This document shows, one piece after another, positions 35,842-60,797 of a stretch of 64,000 nucleotides of DNA; the stretch's first letter is position 1, and the number at the start of each line of letters is the position of its first letter. Below the pieces are notes generated by a model. It worked only from the letters and a program-made list of their open reading frames with translations, was not told the origin of the DNA and made no database searches. This DNA is from Aplysia californica (lineage: Eukaryota): positions 191,236 to 255,235 of the forward strand of contig NW_004797307.1 in the NCBI RefSeq assembly GCF_000002075.1, in the 5' to 3' direction. The translations under genes and the position numbers were made by a program.

Positions 35842-38800
35842 AAACAAGTTTATGATGATATATGTTTAGAACTGAACCGTGCAGATTCCCTTTATGGAAG
35901 GATGTTGGGCTTTTAGCTCTTACAAGGTTGTTGTTTTTTTTGTTGAGATGATAGAGGCACTCAAGTGGTTTGTTTATACAAGTATTTGTCAGTCTTTGCA
36001 TGTCTGATGTCTGCACTTGTGGGGAGAATTGTGTATTTCTCGGATCTTTTTTGTATTGTAGTCTTTTGTTTCTTATTTGCTTGATTTGTTCTGTTAGAAT
36101 ATGATGACACTTTTCCTGCCTTTCTTTCTTCTGTGATTTCAATACTCATGTCAGAGGTCCAGCAATCATATATCGACTTCATTACCTTATCATGCAAAAT
36201 GTATACACAGTCAACGCTGATTAAGTTGATTTGAATGGTTTTTGATAATGGCGTCACAATATGTTGCGTATCACATTTATATTGAGTATAAATAATCCTC
36301 TGTTATTGTTCTGTGCTTTTAATCAGTACGTGCAGTACGTGGGTGTCAGTGATTGTTGTATATATAGCTGTGATGTCACTTCACATATTTATTATAATAT
36401 CACTGAACAGAGATTTCTTTTATCAATTCGCAAGGGCCTGTCGAAGAAAAGTTGAGCTTTTAAAAATGTTTTCCTTGGATAAGGAAAGGATACAACATTC
36501 TTTTATATTAAGAGTAAAGTTTGATTTTGTGAATATTAACTCACTCAGTTCTGGCTATTTTAGCACTGCATATACCTGTTTAAATTCTTTGTCAAGGATA
36601 TTTTCTAAATTCTGTGCTTCAGCAGTTTTTACATAGGCCAATACATCGAGTGTTTTTTCTTAACTTAATTAAGAGTATATGAAAGCTAAGAGAATTGAGA
36701 TAACTTGTGCATGTATTTTCTAATGGATTTTTTAAAATCGGGATCAAAACTGCGAAATTCTGATGCTTGGAGCTCATGGTTTAAATAATTATTTTTTACA
36801 GTCAAAGAAGAAATAATAGCATGTAGAACAGACAGGATTTATAGTGTTTTCACTCACCATCACAGTAGAGATCTGATTTACTGATGAGAAGAATATTGGA
36901 TGAAAAAAATGAAGGGAAGAATTTTTTTTGTATAGTTGTGGCAAACATTCTCCCACAAGAGTTTGTCTCCAATAATCGATGTCAGCATGACTACTCGGTT
37001 AGCACTTGTTCGATTTATATTTCACACGCACCTCTCAAAAGAAGGTTGAATGCGTTTTTACAAAGGCCCAACGCTACCACTATGTTTACATCAGGAATAA
37101 ATTCCAGCATCTAAGAGAGTACGGCCAGGGGTAGCGCTACGGGGCCGTTAAACATTTTCACTCACAGCAGGTGCAGCAGCGCGGGGTACTGAGTGAGTCG
37201 TGTATATTGTGTCCTTTGTTCATGGTGATTGTGCAATTTCATGCTACCGGATAGCATGCGCTTTCTGTTGTCTTGTTTTTTTTCTCTCCAACGTGGTGGC
37301 CTGTAAGGGGATATGATCTTTCCTGCTTTGTTAGTGATGAAATGCTGTACCATAATTGGGAGGCTGAGGCACCTTTTAGAAAAACAAATTTATTGTTAAG
37401 TCCAGGCCCACATGTTTGGGGGTTGGTTAAAAAAGCCAGGAATTTATTCCTTCGAAATTGTACCTTGTTCTTACGTTGGATTCATAAATTTCTCGTCATA
37501 AACTGTGTCATTAGTTGTAAATTATCTTTTGTAAATGTTATACAAGTTTTTTTTTCTTTTAGTACTAGTACTATTTTTATGACACTTGAAATACAAATAG
37601 GCCATATGAGTACGGAAATTTGAAGTGTTGCCAGAGAGTAACATACAAAGAAAGGAAAGAGAAGAGTTAAGGACGATAAAAGTGTCATAGGAGAACAGGA
37701 GCAAACCATACCAGAGCACTGCCAGCCACCCACTTTTCCAAGTTTAAAAGCAGATGGTTATGGTGTCAGGTTGTTGTTTACATACAGGTAACATGCTTTG
37801 AACCCACAAGACTCTAAAAGAGTACATGTAGTGCCGTGCTGGTTGGTAAGCTGCCATAGCTTTCGAAGAGGAGAAATATTACAACTTGAGTTATGACTAT
37901 GACCACACATATAATACTGTTCGTGGTCTTTGAAAGCCATTGACAGTGACAGTATCAATAAAATGACTTCCAGGATTTACTTTTTCAATAGTAATGTGAA
38001 CTGAAGTTGAATTTTTTCAGATCAGGTCGCATCTTGGGAAAGGCAAGGTCTGGATGAGTAGGCCTATTGCACAATAAATATATCACTTCACTGGTGCTCT
38101 TTCAACATTGTAGACTAAAGACTTTTTAAATTGTGTTTAGGTTAGACAGTCATTTTAAAAAATGTGTCCAAAGGAGTTAGTACATGATACATGTAGGCCC
38201 TACATGTGATAAATTGAGCCTGTGTACAATTTCTTATAATATTATGTGTATTGTGCAAGTACGGCCAACAGCCTATGCTTACCAGCTGCCAATGTTGATG
38301 TGAGGAATACTGGTAAAATAAAATATATATGTATGTTCTTCAAGAATTGCCTGGTTTTGTTTTGTTTGTTTTCTCTTTTACCTAATGTTTCTTACTCAGT
38401 GTAGTGTACATGTGACCGATACTAAGTATGTTTGTCAACACAATTGACGTTTAAAACTCAACTTAGATCTTCGAGGGCTATCCCAGAATGAACAGGAAAA
38501 TGGCCATAATTCAAAACCTTTTTCGTACTTTCAAATTCTGTAACAAGTTTTAAGTGGTTCGGGAGCTTTCCTGATTTTGGTGCTCTATTAATTAAAATAC
38601 TCAAAGTGATGCAACTGTTTCACCTAGATGTATAAAATAAGGTCACATTTTATTCATTTCCACAAAGATAAATTTGCCAAGGCTTGTGATCACAACAAAA
38701 ATGGCAACCACAATAGATATGTGGTCAATCGAGCCTTTGTTTTTTACACTACACACAAAATGGAAACAAATCCCACTAAAATTCTGCAAAACTTAGAATT

Positions 38801-39571
38801 GGAAGTGTTTGTGGTAAGAATGTTTTAAGCAAGTCGAGGGTCTACCAGTGCAATTCCTTTAAAGTAGAGGAGCAAACGACTCTACTTATTTGTTTGTTTG
38901 AGTAAAGAGAAGCGCATCGACTCATATTTGGTCATTAAGTGCAAGGAAAAGCAAGACAGACAAGTAGAAACGACAAATGGAAAGAAAAGAAGCAAGACTC
39001 ATCAGTGGCACCCTCCACATTGAAAAACGTATTCGAGATTACAAAAGGCTAAAAGTATGTAATATTTCTGATACATTAAATCCTTCTAGGTCAATAGTTC
39101 ACATTAATTGACACTTTCATATGTGGTGTACCGTGTAGCAGTTAGGTGCTTCGCTGTCACATGCAGAAAACCCGAGTTTAATTCCCGAGTAGGGAGAATC
39201 TTTAATAACTTTATCAATCAAGGGTTTAATAACCGTTACAAGAAGTGAAGCAACAATTGTGAACAAGCATGAGACTTAATGTACTGTAAACTATTATAAA
39301 CAAATCGGAATAACATTCTTGCTAATGTACAACCTCAGAGACTTGGGAGTGCTTGGCTACACGTTTCTTCTAATGACTGTACAGTGACTAATTATTATAC
39401 ATAATGTACAGACAGAAACAAAAGTTTAGAAGTTTTAGTTTTTAGTAAGAGATTGACGGCACGAACAAAACACGGCTATTATTAGTGCCGAAGTTGAGAG
39501 GTGTTACTTAAGAGTACCGTAACATGCCTACAAAAAAAAAGATGAGGACAGAAGGATGATAGGTAAGGCAG

Positions 39572-40003
39572 CGTGGTGGAATCAGGCGCTCGTCAAAATA
39601 TTGAAAGTCTGGAAATTAGCATTTTTTCCCGCAGGTTTTGGGAATTTTTATCCAATTTTTGTTTTTTGGCTCAACACCTTTCATGCCCATTAAAGAAAAC
39701 ATTTCTGTATGGATTTTTAGTGAAAAACGGTGATTAAAGGCAGAAAAAATTTAATTTTCAGTTTCCGCGGACTCTGAAACCAGGAAATATATCTCAACGT
39801 TGACGGAATTGTCTCGCCAATTTTACCTCTGAAACCAAGCGACCCCCCAACCTCCTTCAATCGCCAATATCTGAACTTGTATATAACACAAATGGATATT
39901 TTTTTAAAATTAAAAGCGAAGCAAATGGACAGGCTTTTTAAGATGATACATGTACTAATAACTCCAAATGTCCCCAAATTGACGAGCGCCTGATTCCACC
40001 ACG
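39572..40003. mobile_element. MITE with perfect 25-bp TIRs
   Basis: CGTGGTGGAATCAGGCGCTCGTCAA (39572-39596) and TTGACGAGCGCCTGATTCCACCACG (39979-40003). Confidence 0.8.
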
Positions 40004-40439
40004 TCATGACACAATTAGATGTTTGATTTGAATAAGAGGAAAGCTCAGTTGGCACAGTACAAGTATCATCTCGAATCCCTGCTTGGGTGTTCTTGAACTT
40101 GAGTTGCTTTGTGGAGTTTTCAAGGCTTTCTCCCTTTTGGCTCGGTCGTATATAGACCTACTAAATTAGTGAAGTTGGACGACCAACAGAATCTAAAAGC
40201 CTATTCATAAATATCACTGCAAACTAAGGTTCCCACACGTTTTCTTAATGGTGTCAGCCTAAAGGGGGGGGGGGGGATAATAATAAGGGCAGCATACACA
40301 TATATCTAAACAAAATGTTAAAATGTTGGCATATTTTTCTCAACACCACACTTTTTAACGAACGCTAAAGAATCAAGATACAGGGTGAAAAGGCCTAATT
40401 TTCGATGCTTACGTTGACACGTCTAGACAGTCGGGGGAT

Positions 40440-40491
40440 GTCACACACGCACGCACACATACACGCGCACACGCACCCACACACGCGTGCG

Positions 40492-40544
<53 letters not shown>

Positions 40545-40625
40545 TTGCCAACCGTCCACGTCCTCAGCGGCTCACGACGGAGAGAGAGAGAGGCTGACAG
40601 ACACAGAGAGAGACAGACACACAGA

Positions 40626-40657
<32 letters not shown>

Positions 40658-40790
40658 ATACAGAGAGAGAGAGAAAGAGTGAGGGGAGAGAACGAGAAAG
40701 AGAGAGAGAGATACATAGAGAGAGAATGGGTGGGTTGGAGAGAGAGAGAAAGAAAGAGAGAGGGGGGAGGGGGAGGAGGGAGAGCGTAGA
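40440..40790. repeat. Compound (CA)n/(GA)n microsatellite
   Basis: Seen directly. Other microsatellites: (CT)n 4100-4187 and 8359-8422, (GTT)n 11190-11257, (CA)n 14527-14577, 15340-15381 and 45390-45500. Confidence 0.9.
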
Positions 40791-42983
40791 TGGCTGCTGA
40801 TTCATCAGGAGTGTCTCTCGTTAACTTCTGAATGGGCTGTAGAAGATCCACAAAGTCTTTTCGAAGATCACTATGAAATCACGGGTGCTGGGATGGAAAG
40901 GTGGATCCTGATGAGGCGAAGACAGAAAAAGTGTGAGATGGGGAGGGGAGAGATGTAAACAGATGGAGAGAGCTAGAGGGATATATATATNNNNNNNNNN
41001 NNNNNNNNNNNNNNNNNNNNNNNNNNNNNNNNNNNNNNNNNNNNNNNNNNNNNNNNNNNNNNNNNNNNNNNNNNNNNNNNNNNNNNNNNNNNNNNNNNNN
41101 NNNNNNNNNNNNNNNNNNNNNNNNNNNNNNNNNNNNNNNNNNNNNNNNNNNNNNNNNNNNNNNNNNNNNNNNNNNNNNNNNNNNNNNNNNNNNNNNNNNN
41201 NNNNNNNNNNNGAAAGAAACTGAGAGAAAAAAAGAGAGATATAGACAGACAGACAAACAGGCATAAGCTGAAAGATGCGATTTCTTTCGAGAGGAGTGGC
41301 CGGGGTAAGACGGAATAAGCGCGTTCTTTGTATAAGCAGGACCTCGCGTACTTTAACGTGTATTTTCGAAAGGACTACGCTAAATGGATGAAAAGCCCTG
41401 AAAGTTACCCAACCAATCCAAGGATGTTTACAAAGGTCCCATAAATAGGAGTTAAAATTATTTTATTAACTTGTCGGCAATTTCAACTTGCCAAGGGTCT
41501 ATAGGCACTACTTGAACGCAGACTGGCCCCTTTGAACCTGCACTTAATGGCTATCGTATTTTACGGCTCTTTGAACGTTATTTTCGGGGGTTTGTTTTTC
41601 ATCACTTCTGTCTTATTCTGTTCCTGGCAAAAAGGGCCATAATCACATATCTCACCATTAACTGGTACTGGTATAATAATCATATTACATATATGCATAA
41701 TTTAAAAAAATAGCAACATCCCAACAACCCTTGTTTCATTCAGACGACCCAAAAAACGAAGATTAAGAAATAGAGAACTTGGTTTATTTTGCTACTGAAG
41801 TGATTAATACTGACGTCTTTTTACAATGTGTCAATCAAAAATAATATCATGGATACGAAAAGAATTGGAGGGCGCAAAAGGTGTATATAGAAGTGAGGCG
41901 TGAAAATACACCTTGAATTCTATCCCCCCCTCTCTCTTTTCTCTCTTTGTCACACCCACACACAAACATACAAACGCACTCACACAAGCACACATACACA
42001 CACTAGCTGAATAACTTTAAAAGATGTATCCAAAAGATCAAGGGAATGGCAAAGCCAGACAACCTCACTAGAATAAATATAGTGGCAAAAGTTATTAAAC
42101 ATCTCAATCACATGACTGTTCCATGCAAGTTTTTGAATTACTTTTTGCTCTGATTGCTGTTTTTAGTACTTTTATGCAGTGGTAGAAAAGACCAGTGCGT
42201 TTAATCACTATAATTGTACTCTTTTCACATAGCCTAGGCTGCAGCAGACTCACTCTAAATAAGTGGGTGGAAATGGGGGATACGATTGGTGATGCAACAC
42301 AGCCATGTAAAGATGAAGACCACCGATGACTGATGCTTTTCGGGCTCTCGATGCAATTTTAGTCATAGGCACAGTTTTATCGATCCAATCTGATCAGACA
42401 CCACTGCAATGTACGATTTCCAATATTGCTAGAAATTGAAGTTCATTTTCCCACTTCCCCAGTAGTCTAAATAATATAATCTACATTTAGAAACAAATAA
42501 ACTTAAAAGCAGCTCATAGAAAACAATTACTCTCAATCCTTATTCGAACAAAAAAGAGTCAGATACAAAGAAAAAGACCATTATATTGGTGTAGTGTAAT
42601 GAAATAAAACGGACTATGAGAATCCATTTCTTCGGAAGAAAATATTGTTTTTAATACTGGGTAGTAACATTGAAAATGTCACCGTCTAAATGTGTACAAA
42701 AAAATCATACTACCTACGTTTACAAAACAAAATATAGTTTTGAATGAAAACAATCTCAGGTTTGAATGATCAGTACTCGGCAATAAATGTAAAAAAAACC
42801 TTAGTAAGTTAGTTGGAGTAACAAGTCTTCAGAATCAAATTGAGAAGAAAACAAAAAGGAGCTTTGAAATAATTATATGGAATGAAAATCGACAACTAGG
42901 CCTAGAATCTATCTATTTCTTACACGTCGCTACAAAAGTTTGATCTAGTTTGTTTCATATCTCTGAGTTTGTGTTCCTCCAAG

Positions 42984-54779
<11,796 letters not shown>

Positions 54780-54959
54780 TGATGCTGTGCTAGTCTGAAT
54801 GTGTGTGTGTAGTGTGTCTTCTTGGGGATGTGTCTTTGTCATGGTCATAACACAGTTGCTTAGTTTTTTGGAGACACACCCATTTTCCTTTTCACAAAAT
54901 TCTGTGATGCAACCTTTTTGCCCTTTTTATTTGCATACATTCACTAGTCTTATCCCATC

Positions 54960-55187
54960 GATAGAACCCAGATCACACTTACATCGTTATAAAGTACGGC
55001 TTCTCTACTTTTCCATACCTCATGTCTATGTTGCAAAGGTCTTGTCTCGCCTTGAGGACCTCCAATTTGTCCACAAACTGTGTGAAATGCACTATAACAG
55101 GTCTCGTTTTGTTTCCGACTTGTGGACCAATCCGGTGTGTACGTATGAAAACTTCCTCTTTCCAGGCTTTACAAGACACTGTTCTGT
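54960..55187 (-). mobile_element. LINE ORF1 (RRM-type) fragment
   Basis: FIRTHRIGPQVGNKTRPVIVHFTQFVDKLEVLKAR resembles the RAHR.G..RP.IVRF ORF1 motif. It is truncated at a TTAA (55188-55191). Confidence 0.6.
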
Positions 55188-55191
55188 TTAA

Positions 55192-56090
55192 CACCTACGG
55201 GACTGGCCTCACACTTGACTTTCTCTGTCCCACGACCAGAGCCGCCGCTCACTTACTGGCTATTTGCCATATATATGCATTAATCAAATATGAATTACTC
55301 AGCCCCTGGTAAAGCTATAGACATGAAACTTCACCAAAGTGTCCTAAGCTTGTTCCCCTATACTGTTATACATTGTTTTAAAAAGAATATTGGCTTTGTT
55401 CATATTGGTGTAATCAGTTATGTAAACAAAGCATAACAAAATGAATAGGCAAACAAGCTCAGAAAAGACATCATCATAATGGCGTGAAACTTATTTTTCA
55501 TTAACCAATTGATACAACAGACAATTTTACATATATTTCAAGGTCCAGGTAAGTTCAGATAAATCTAGTGAATGTAATTGTACTTCATGTCCACGTAAGA
55601 GAAAAATACTCCAATGACCAGGTGAAAAACATTTAAGATTGCCACACATTTTTCCTAGCAATGAATAATGCACACCAACAGAATTACACATTACAACACA
55701 GAATTACAAATTACAACACAGAAGAGAAAAAAATTGACTCGTTTTGGACGAGATCTCAGCCTAGTCGGCTTAGTTGTAGGATCGAACCTGACGTGCATTA
55801 TCTTGACTAGTCTGATAGGACTCAAAGCAAGGCTCAACACAGAGAGGAACTTTGTAGACTCTGCACTTGTGTCTGGTTTGTTTGCGCCGGCCACTGTCCT
55901 TTTTGCTGCTGCAACAGACACATTGTCTGGTTGGTTGGCGTTTCTTTTCTGTTGTTGGAATACATTCTGAGAAGTGGGGACTGCTCTTGTGACTGAGACT
56001 CTTGATTGTAGTCGGCAGGTGGGGGCTGTGTTTGTTTTTCAGCCACATCAGCAAGGATGCACCGTCTCTCTGGAGGCTGTGTCGGCTTGA
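55192..56090 (-). mobile_element. piggyBac 3' end with C-terminal cysteine-rich domain
   Basis: HFSECIPTTEKKRQPTRQCVCC..KQTRHKCRVYKVPLCVEPCFESYQT. The end abuts TTAA|CACCTACGGG. Confidence 0.75.
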
Positions 56091-56099
56091 GTTAGGCGT

Positions 56100-58214
56100 C
56101 CTTTAGTTTGACCGGCTCTTCTCTGGGGTATTTTAACTTCTATTTTTCTTTTACCTCCTCTTTTTGACCTTGTAGTTTTGGGTATACTATTTGTTATTTT
56201 CTCTAAGTCTCCTCATAACACTTGAGGGGTATGTAAACATGGTTCTGAGGTCGAAATGACAACGGAGTGTTTGGGGAGTAGGTTATTCTATTGTCCTCTT
56301 TAGTGAATACACTGTCTGTGTCAGAACCACAGGCTGGGACTCCATTTTGAAAAAAATTTTCACTTGTCAAAACAAATTCTTTATACATTTTTGCAAAAAG
56401 AGACCTGAACTAAAACTGAGCCAAACAAGTAGACCAGCACTGACTACACCAGTCCACCAACACAGAAAAGTTGGATTATCTTTAGTAATTTTTATCCTTT
56501 CAAGGAGAATTTTATATCACGTAAATCACAAGATCCTGATACCTTTATGATAGTATAATTTTTGATAATATCCAGAACTTATAGCAGTCACAAACACCAC
56601 AAAATAGTAGGAGCACATGAAGAAGGCTGCCTGTTGGCACGATCACAACTCGCTGTTCATTGTGCAGCGAGGAGCCCCAAGATTTAGAGCATTGGCTGCT
56701 GAGATGCCCTATTACGGAAGTTCGGCAGTGGCATCTCTTTGGGGAGGATTCAGGGAGTTTGGACCACAGAACACCAATACTAGTTTGTGTAATGTCAGCT
56801 TTCCACAAAGTTGAAAAAGGATGAAAACCGGGCTTGATCACCCTCCAAATCACTCCTTGTAACCGGCTTCTTCCCGACCGGTGCGGAGAGAGAATGCGAG
56901 TCTACAATATCCCACATGCTGTTCACGGTTCCACAAAGCGTGCTGTGTGAAGAGCATCTTTGGACATCAACAACTTTGAAACGTAGAATTTCAGGGTCAA
57001 GTGGCCGAGTGTGAAAATATCTGGCATGCCAAGATGACTTTCATCTTTTTCCCTCTGGGCAGGGTGAAGAGACACTCAGCTTGGGAGCAGTGCGAATTGA
57101 CTCGCCAGATGTTCCGAGGGAGAAGAGCTCTTGGAGGTTGCACCACTTTGCAGTCATTCTTTCGCCATCCAAGCTGAAGGAGATGTTTTTCGTCATGAAA
57201 TTGTTCCTCAAGTTTTTGATGAGGTGTGGTGGATCTGGCATGAAAAAAGACTGAGTGGTGTCATGAAACACATATGGTCGTTCCACACACACACACGTTT
57301 TTCATCCATTTCCATTCGCAGGATTCTTGGTCCATCACGATGGCATCAACATATAGACCAATCGCTTTGACCAGGTTGTGCTTGGCCACAAAATACCCCG
57401 GCACCTGCTTCCACTTTAGAGTCAGTCCCCTGCTCAAGACCAAATTTCTTGGTCAGCGATTTCATCACTCTGGTGATGCTTGCGGCAGTTATCAGAACCA
57501 ACCAGCTTGTCACAATGATGATTGTATGTCAGGGCTTTGGTCACAGTCATTCCATCAAAGGAAAGTGTCACTCTTTTCTCATGTTCCCCCAGTGCTAATG
57601 TTCTCAATTGCATCATTTCCCACAGACTTTGACACAAACCGACCCCAGTCAACACAGTAGAAAATTGCCTCCTGAGTGTTGTTGGGTGCGGTAGCTGAAA
57701 CCCAACGGAGCGGAGAACGACGTATGCAGAAGTGCTCCTAAAGTACACAGCGAGACACAACTCCATAGCCTCTTTCTCGGTGTCCCAGTTGATCCTCTTC
57801 TTCGCCCCCATCAGGATCTTGAATAAAACTGCTGGAACAAGTGGTAGGTCTTTAAGAAAATTTTCCAGGATTGCTTCTTTCTTCGCACGAAGAGACGCTA
57901 CTTGTTTAGCTCTACTGCAACCTCTCTCACCTCTCTGTACACCTCAGGCACCCCCTAGTTGTACATCTGTCCCGATCAATGATTATAGGTTCCTGATCTA
58001 CAACACTTTCTTTCTTGATCTGAAGACTCCTGGTCCAATAAACTAGGGTTGCTATCCAACTCCTCTTCCTCTTCATAGCTGTCTGCATCCATACCAATTT
58101 CGTCAACCACCTCCTTTTAGAAATCATTGTGTGGCATGCCAGTGATTTTCCTTGTTCTAAATTGCCACAAATCGGAAGCAAAATATCTAAACAGAAGTAA
58201 TAAGTAACCGATAG
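56100..58214 (-). mobile_element. P-element/THAP9-like transposase, degenerate
   Basis: STSAYVVLRSVGFQLPHPTTLRR, LSFDGM, MVLSRGLTLKWKQVPGYF, IVMDQ, DPPHLIKNLRNNF, KMKVILACQIFSHS. Many frameshifts. Confidence 0.85.
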
Positions 58215-60168
58215 CAGGGCTGCCAAGTTGTGGAAAATTACTCGAGGGACACATCGGACTTCGCAGAGCTACATAACTATAAGACTTAACATCCCCCCAT
58301 AAAAACTCTTTGGATTTGTTAAACAAAAAATTCAGCCAGGTGAAGAGTAGAGATTCTAGTACGAAGCAAAAATGAAGGGGAAAAAAATAATTATAATAAT
58401 GGTGGACTTACTAGTCCTTGCTTTGTTAAAGCCATGGTTGTTGCAGACTTTCATGCTTTCAGTACACTTGCTGAGGGATCTCTCTTGAAGCACTCTTGTG
58501 TATTTGTTTCAAGATGAGAAGACTTTGCAGGGTATCAATGGACATAGAACTGCGAAAATCTGTCCTGTTCACTTTAACCGGACTGAAAATTTTTTCACTG
58601 CTGCGCTGTGGTCTAAGAAAATAATTTTTAGCATGATAGAGGGAAGATGTTTCAACAGAGGCGAGCCAGAATGATTTTTCAGTTTTTGCAGGTTTTTCCA
58701 TTGTTGGTCCATGGATAACTTTTCAAAGTTAGGAGTGTTTAGCAGGTCACAGTCATCAATGGTCACAGCAGAAGGCAGCAAGAGTGGAAACTTTTTCAAG
58801 AACTTCAAGGAAGAAAACTTGGCATTCTCTCTCCCCAGAATATCTGCAACCTCTGCATGCTTAATTACAGGCTCATCATCCAGTGGCAGATTTTTAAGGA
58901 GATATGTGCTCAGGAACTGCACAACATTCTTGTAAAAGAATTTCCTCTTTTCTGTGCTGATGTTCTATGTTTCCATATAGTCCCTGAGACTAGAACCAAT
59001 CATTAGGTTGTTTCCATCCACAATGTTGTAGGCTGATGAATAATCAACATCGGAGACAAGCTTTCCCCTCAGCCCACATGGCTTGACAAACATTAGCTTG
59101 AGGTCTTTAATAAGTCCTGACAAGAGTCTGTGTTGTCTGTGAATTAGAGGGGCCTCTTGTTTGAAGAGCTGGTTTGCCCAGTCAAAAACAGGAATTACAT
59201 ATGCCAGGTAGAGAACACACATCTTCGTTGTCCTTGATTCCAAGTTTTTTAGAACATTTTCCTTTCTGCTGCCCCCATCTTCTCTAGCTCCAATTGATCC
59301 TGCTTCCTCTTTATCTTCTCCACATTCAGCTTTGAAAAACAGCCGTTATGGCTCCCATTGAGCTAAAACCCACTTGCATGTTGCTCCAAGGGAGAGCCAT
59401 CTAGTAGGGCAGTGTTATGGCACTTCCGTTACAGGTGTTTCACATTCTTGTTGAAAGTCCTTCAATGTCTTTTTCTGGGTAGCACTTTATTGGGATTAGA
59501 GAAGAAGTCGGAAATGATGCTTTTGACACAGATTTGGCAATCTGCACATGTTTGGGTCCGTTGATGTGTCGTTCACAGTCGGTTCTTCCATCATGGCCGA
59601 TAGAAAAATCACATCTACACACTGAGCAATGCACACTGTGGATATTTGATGGCAGTGCTGATAAACACGGCCATTGGACACTATACTTCTTTCGGAATGA
59701 ACACAGGCGTTTAGCTTGTTTTGATTTGGGCTCACGAGCCCCTAGATCCGCTGCAGTTCGCTTCTGGTTCGACATTTTGAACCATGCAACAACTACAACT
59801 GGCCTACGTGACTCGTGCTAGGCCTAGCTTTGCCGTGCCTACTTGCCCGACTTGCCAGATAAAATATTATTTAAAAATTCAAGACAATACCAAACATTGG
59901 CCAAGTTCGAAAATTTGGCTAACATAATGAAGAGTTATCCTTAATATGCCTAAAGGGTGTTTTTTTTTCAATTTTAGTTTGGCTTTACTCAACATTTTTC
60001 CTCGCCCATTTCCCGCATGGCTTGACCGGTGTAAACAAAAGCGGGGCCCCCTGGGAAAAATTGCAATGTTGAGTTTCGTGCGGGACATTGCACGTACTCG
60101 CGGGACCGCGGGACAGGTGCCCAAAATGTGGGACTGTCCCGCACGATGCCGGACACTTTGCAGCCCTG
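58215..60168 (-). mobile_element. hAT DNA transposon, degenerate and internally deleted, bounded by TIRs
   Basis: TIRs CAGGGCTGCCAAGT (58215) and ACTTTGCAGCCCTG (60168) with subterminal GGGAC/GTCCC motifs. N-terminal Zn finger (HCSVCRCDFSIGHDGRTDCERH..KH), HCPTRWLSL, and a dimerization-domain-like SEKIFS..RTDFRSSMSIDTLQSLL. Confidence 0.85.
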
Positions 60169-60348
60169 CGATGGGTTTACAAAAATATGGAACTTGTTGT
60201 TAGAAACATGGGCTGGCCTTTGTTTAGGTCTTTTCTCTCATGAGTATTCTCATCCGCTGTCCTGGGGAAGCAGTCTGTCTTGTGACTCTAGTCATTCTAT
60301 GTATACAATTAGTAACAATTATATCAGTTTTGAGTCTCTTTGCTTTGA

Positions 60349-60572
60349 TGTGGTGTCGGTAGCATCGACCTAGTGGTTAGGCTATCGAACCCGTAATCGA
60401 GAGACTACGGATTGGGGGGTTCAAGCTTCAGTTCGGTACGGCGTTGTGTCTTTGGGAAAGGCTTTTTACATGAATTTCTTATTGGGCTCAGTCCTTTCGG
60501 AGATGGACGTTTAATTCGGAGGTCCCCCTCTAAAATAACCTAACAGTGTTGACAGGGGCATTAAACCTATAC
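60349..60572 (+). mobile_element. tRNA-derived SINE
   Basis: A/B-box-like head (CCTAGTGGTTAGG..GGTTCAAGC) followed by GTTGTGTCTTTGGGAAAGGC. Confidence 0.6.
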
Positions 60573-60624
60573 AATTTTTTTGTTATGTTGTAAGCATACT
60601 TTAACGCATAGGCCTACTGTTCCT

Positions 60625-60797
60625 TGAAAGTGGGTTTGACTCCACGTTTCCATCCAAAAGTAATGTGTTTACTACAGATTCATGCACAAGCTTATACTTG
60701 AGGGATTTTATCATTTTAGTTTCTGCGGCTATTACCCATATAACCAGGGAACCGACAAATAGTTGGCAGAACAACCCACTCGCTATATATTCTCTTG
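60625..60797 (-). pseudogene. Degenerate THAP domain, probably the N-terminus of the P-element transposase
   Basis: Across frameshifts the minus strand gives (Y/C)IA.VGCSAN / CRFP / WVIAA / A*ICSKHIT..KPT. Confidence 0.5.

Noticed and set aside
35842-38330. GGA polyadenylation site
   Set aside because: Several AATAAA candidates (~37096, ~37957, ~38073, ~38318). I cannot choose among them without transcript data.
42285-42400. Possible C/D box snoRNA (several TGATG/CTGA motifs)
   Set aside because: No proper RTGATGA C box with a terminal stem, and the location is intergenic.
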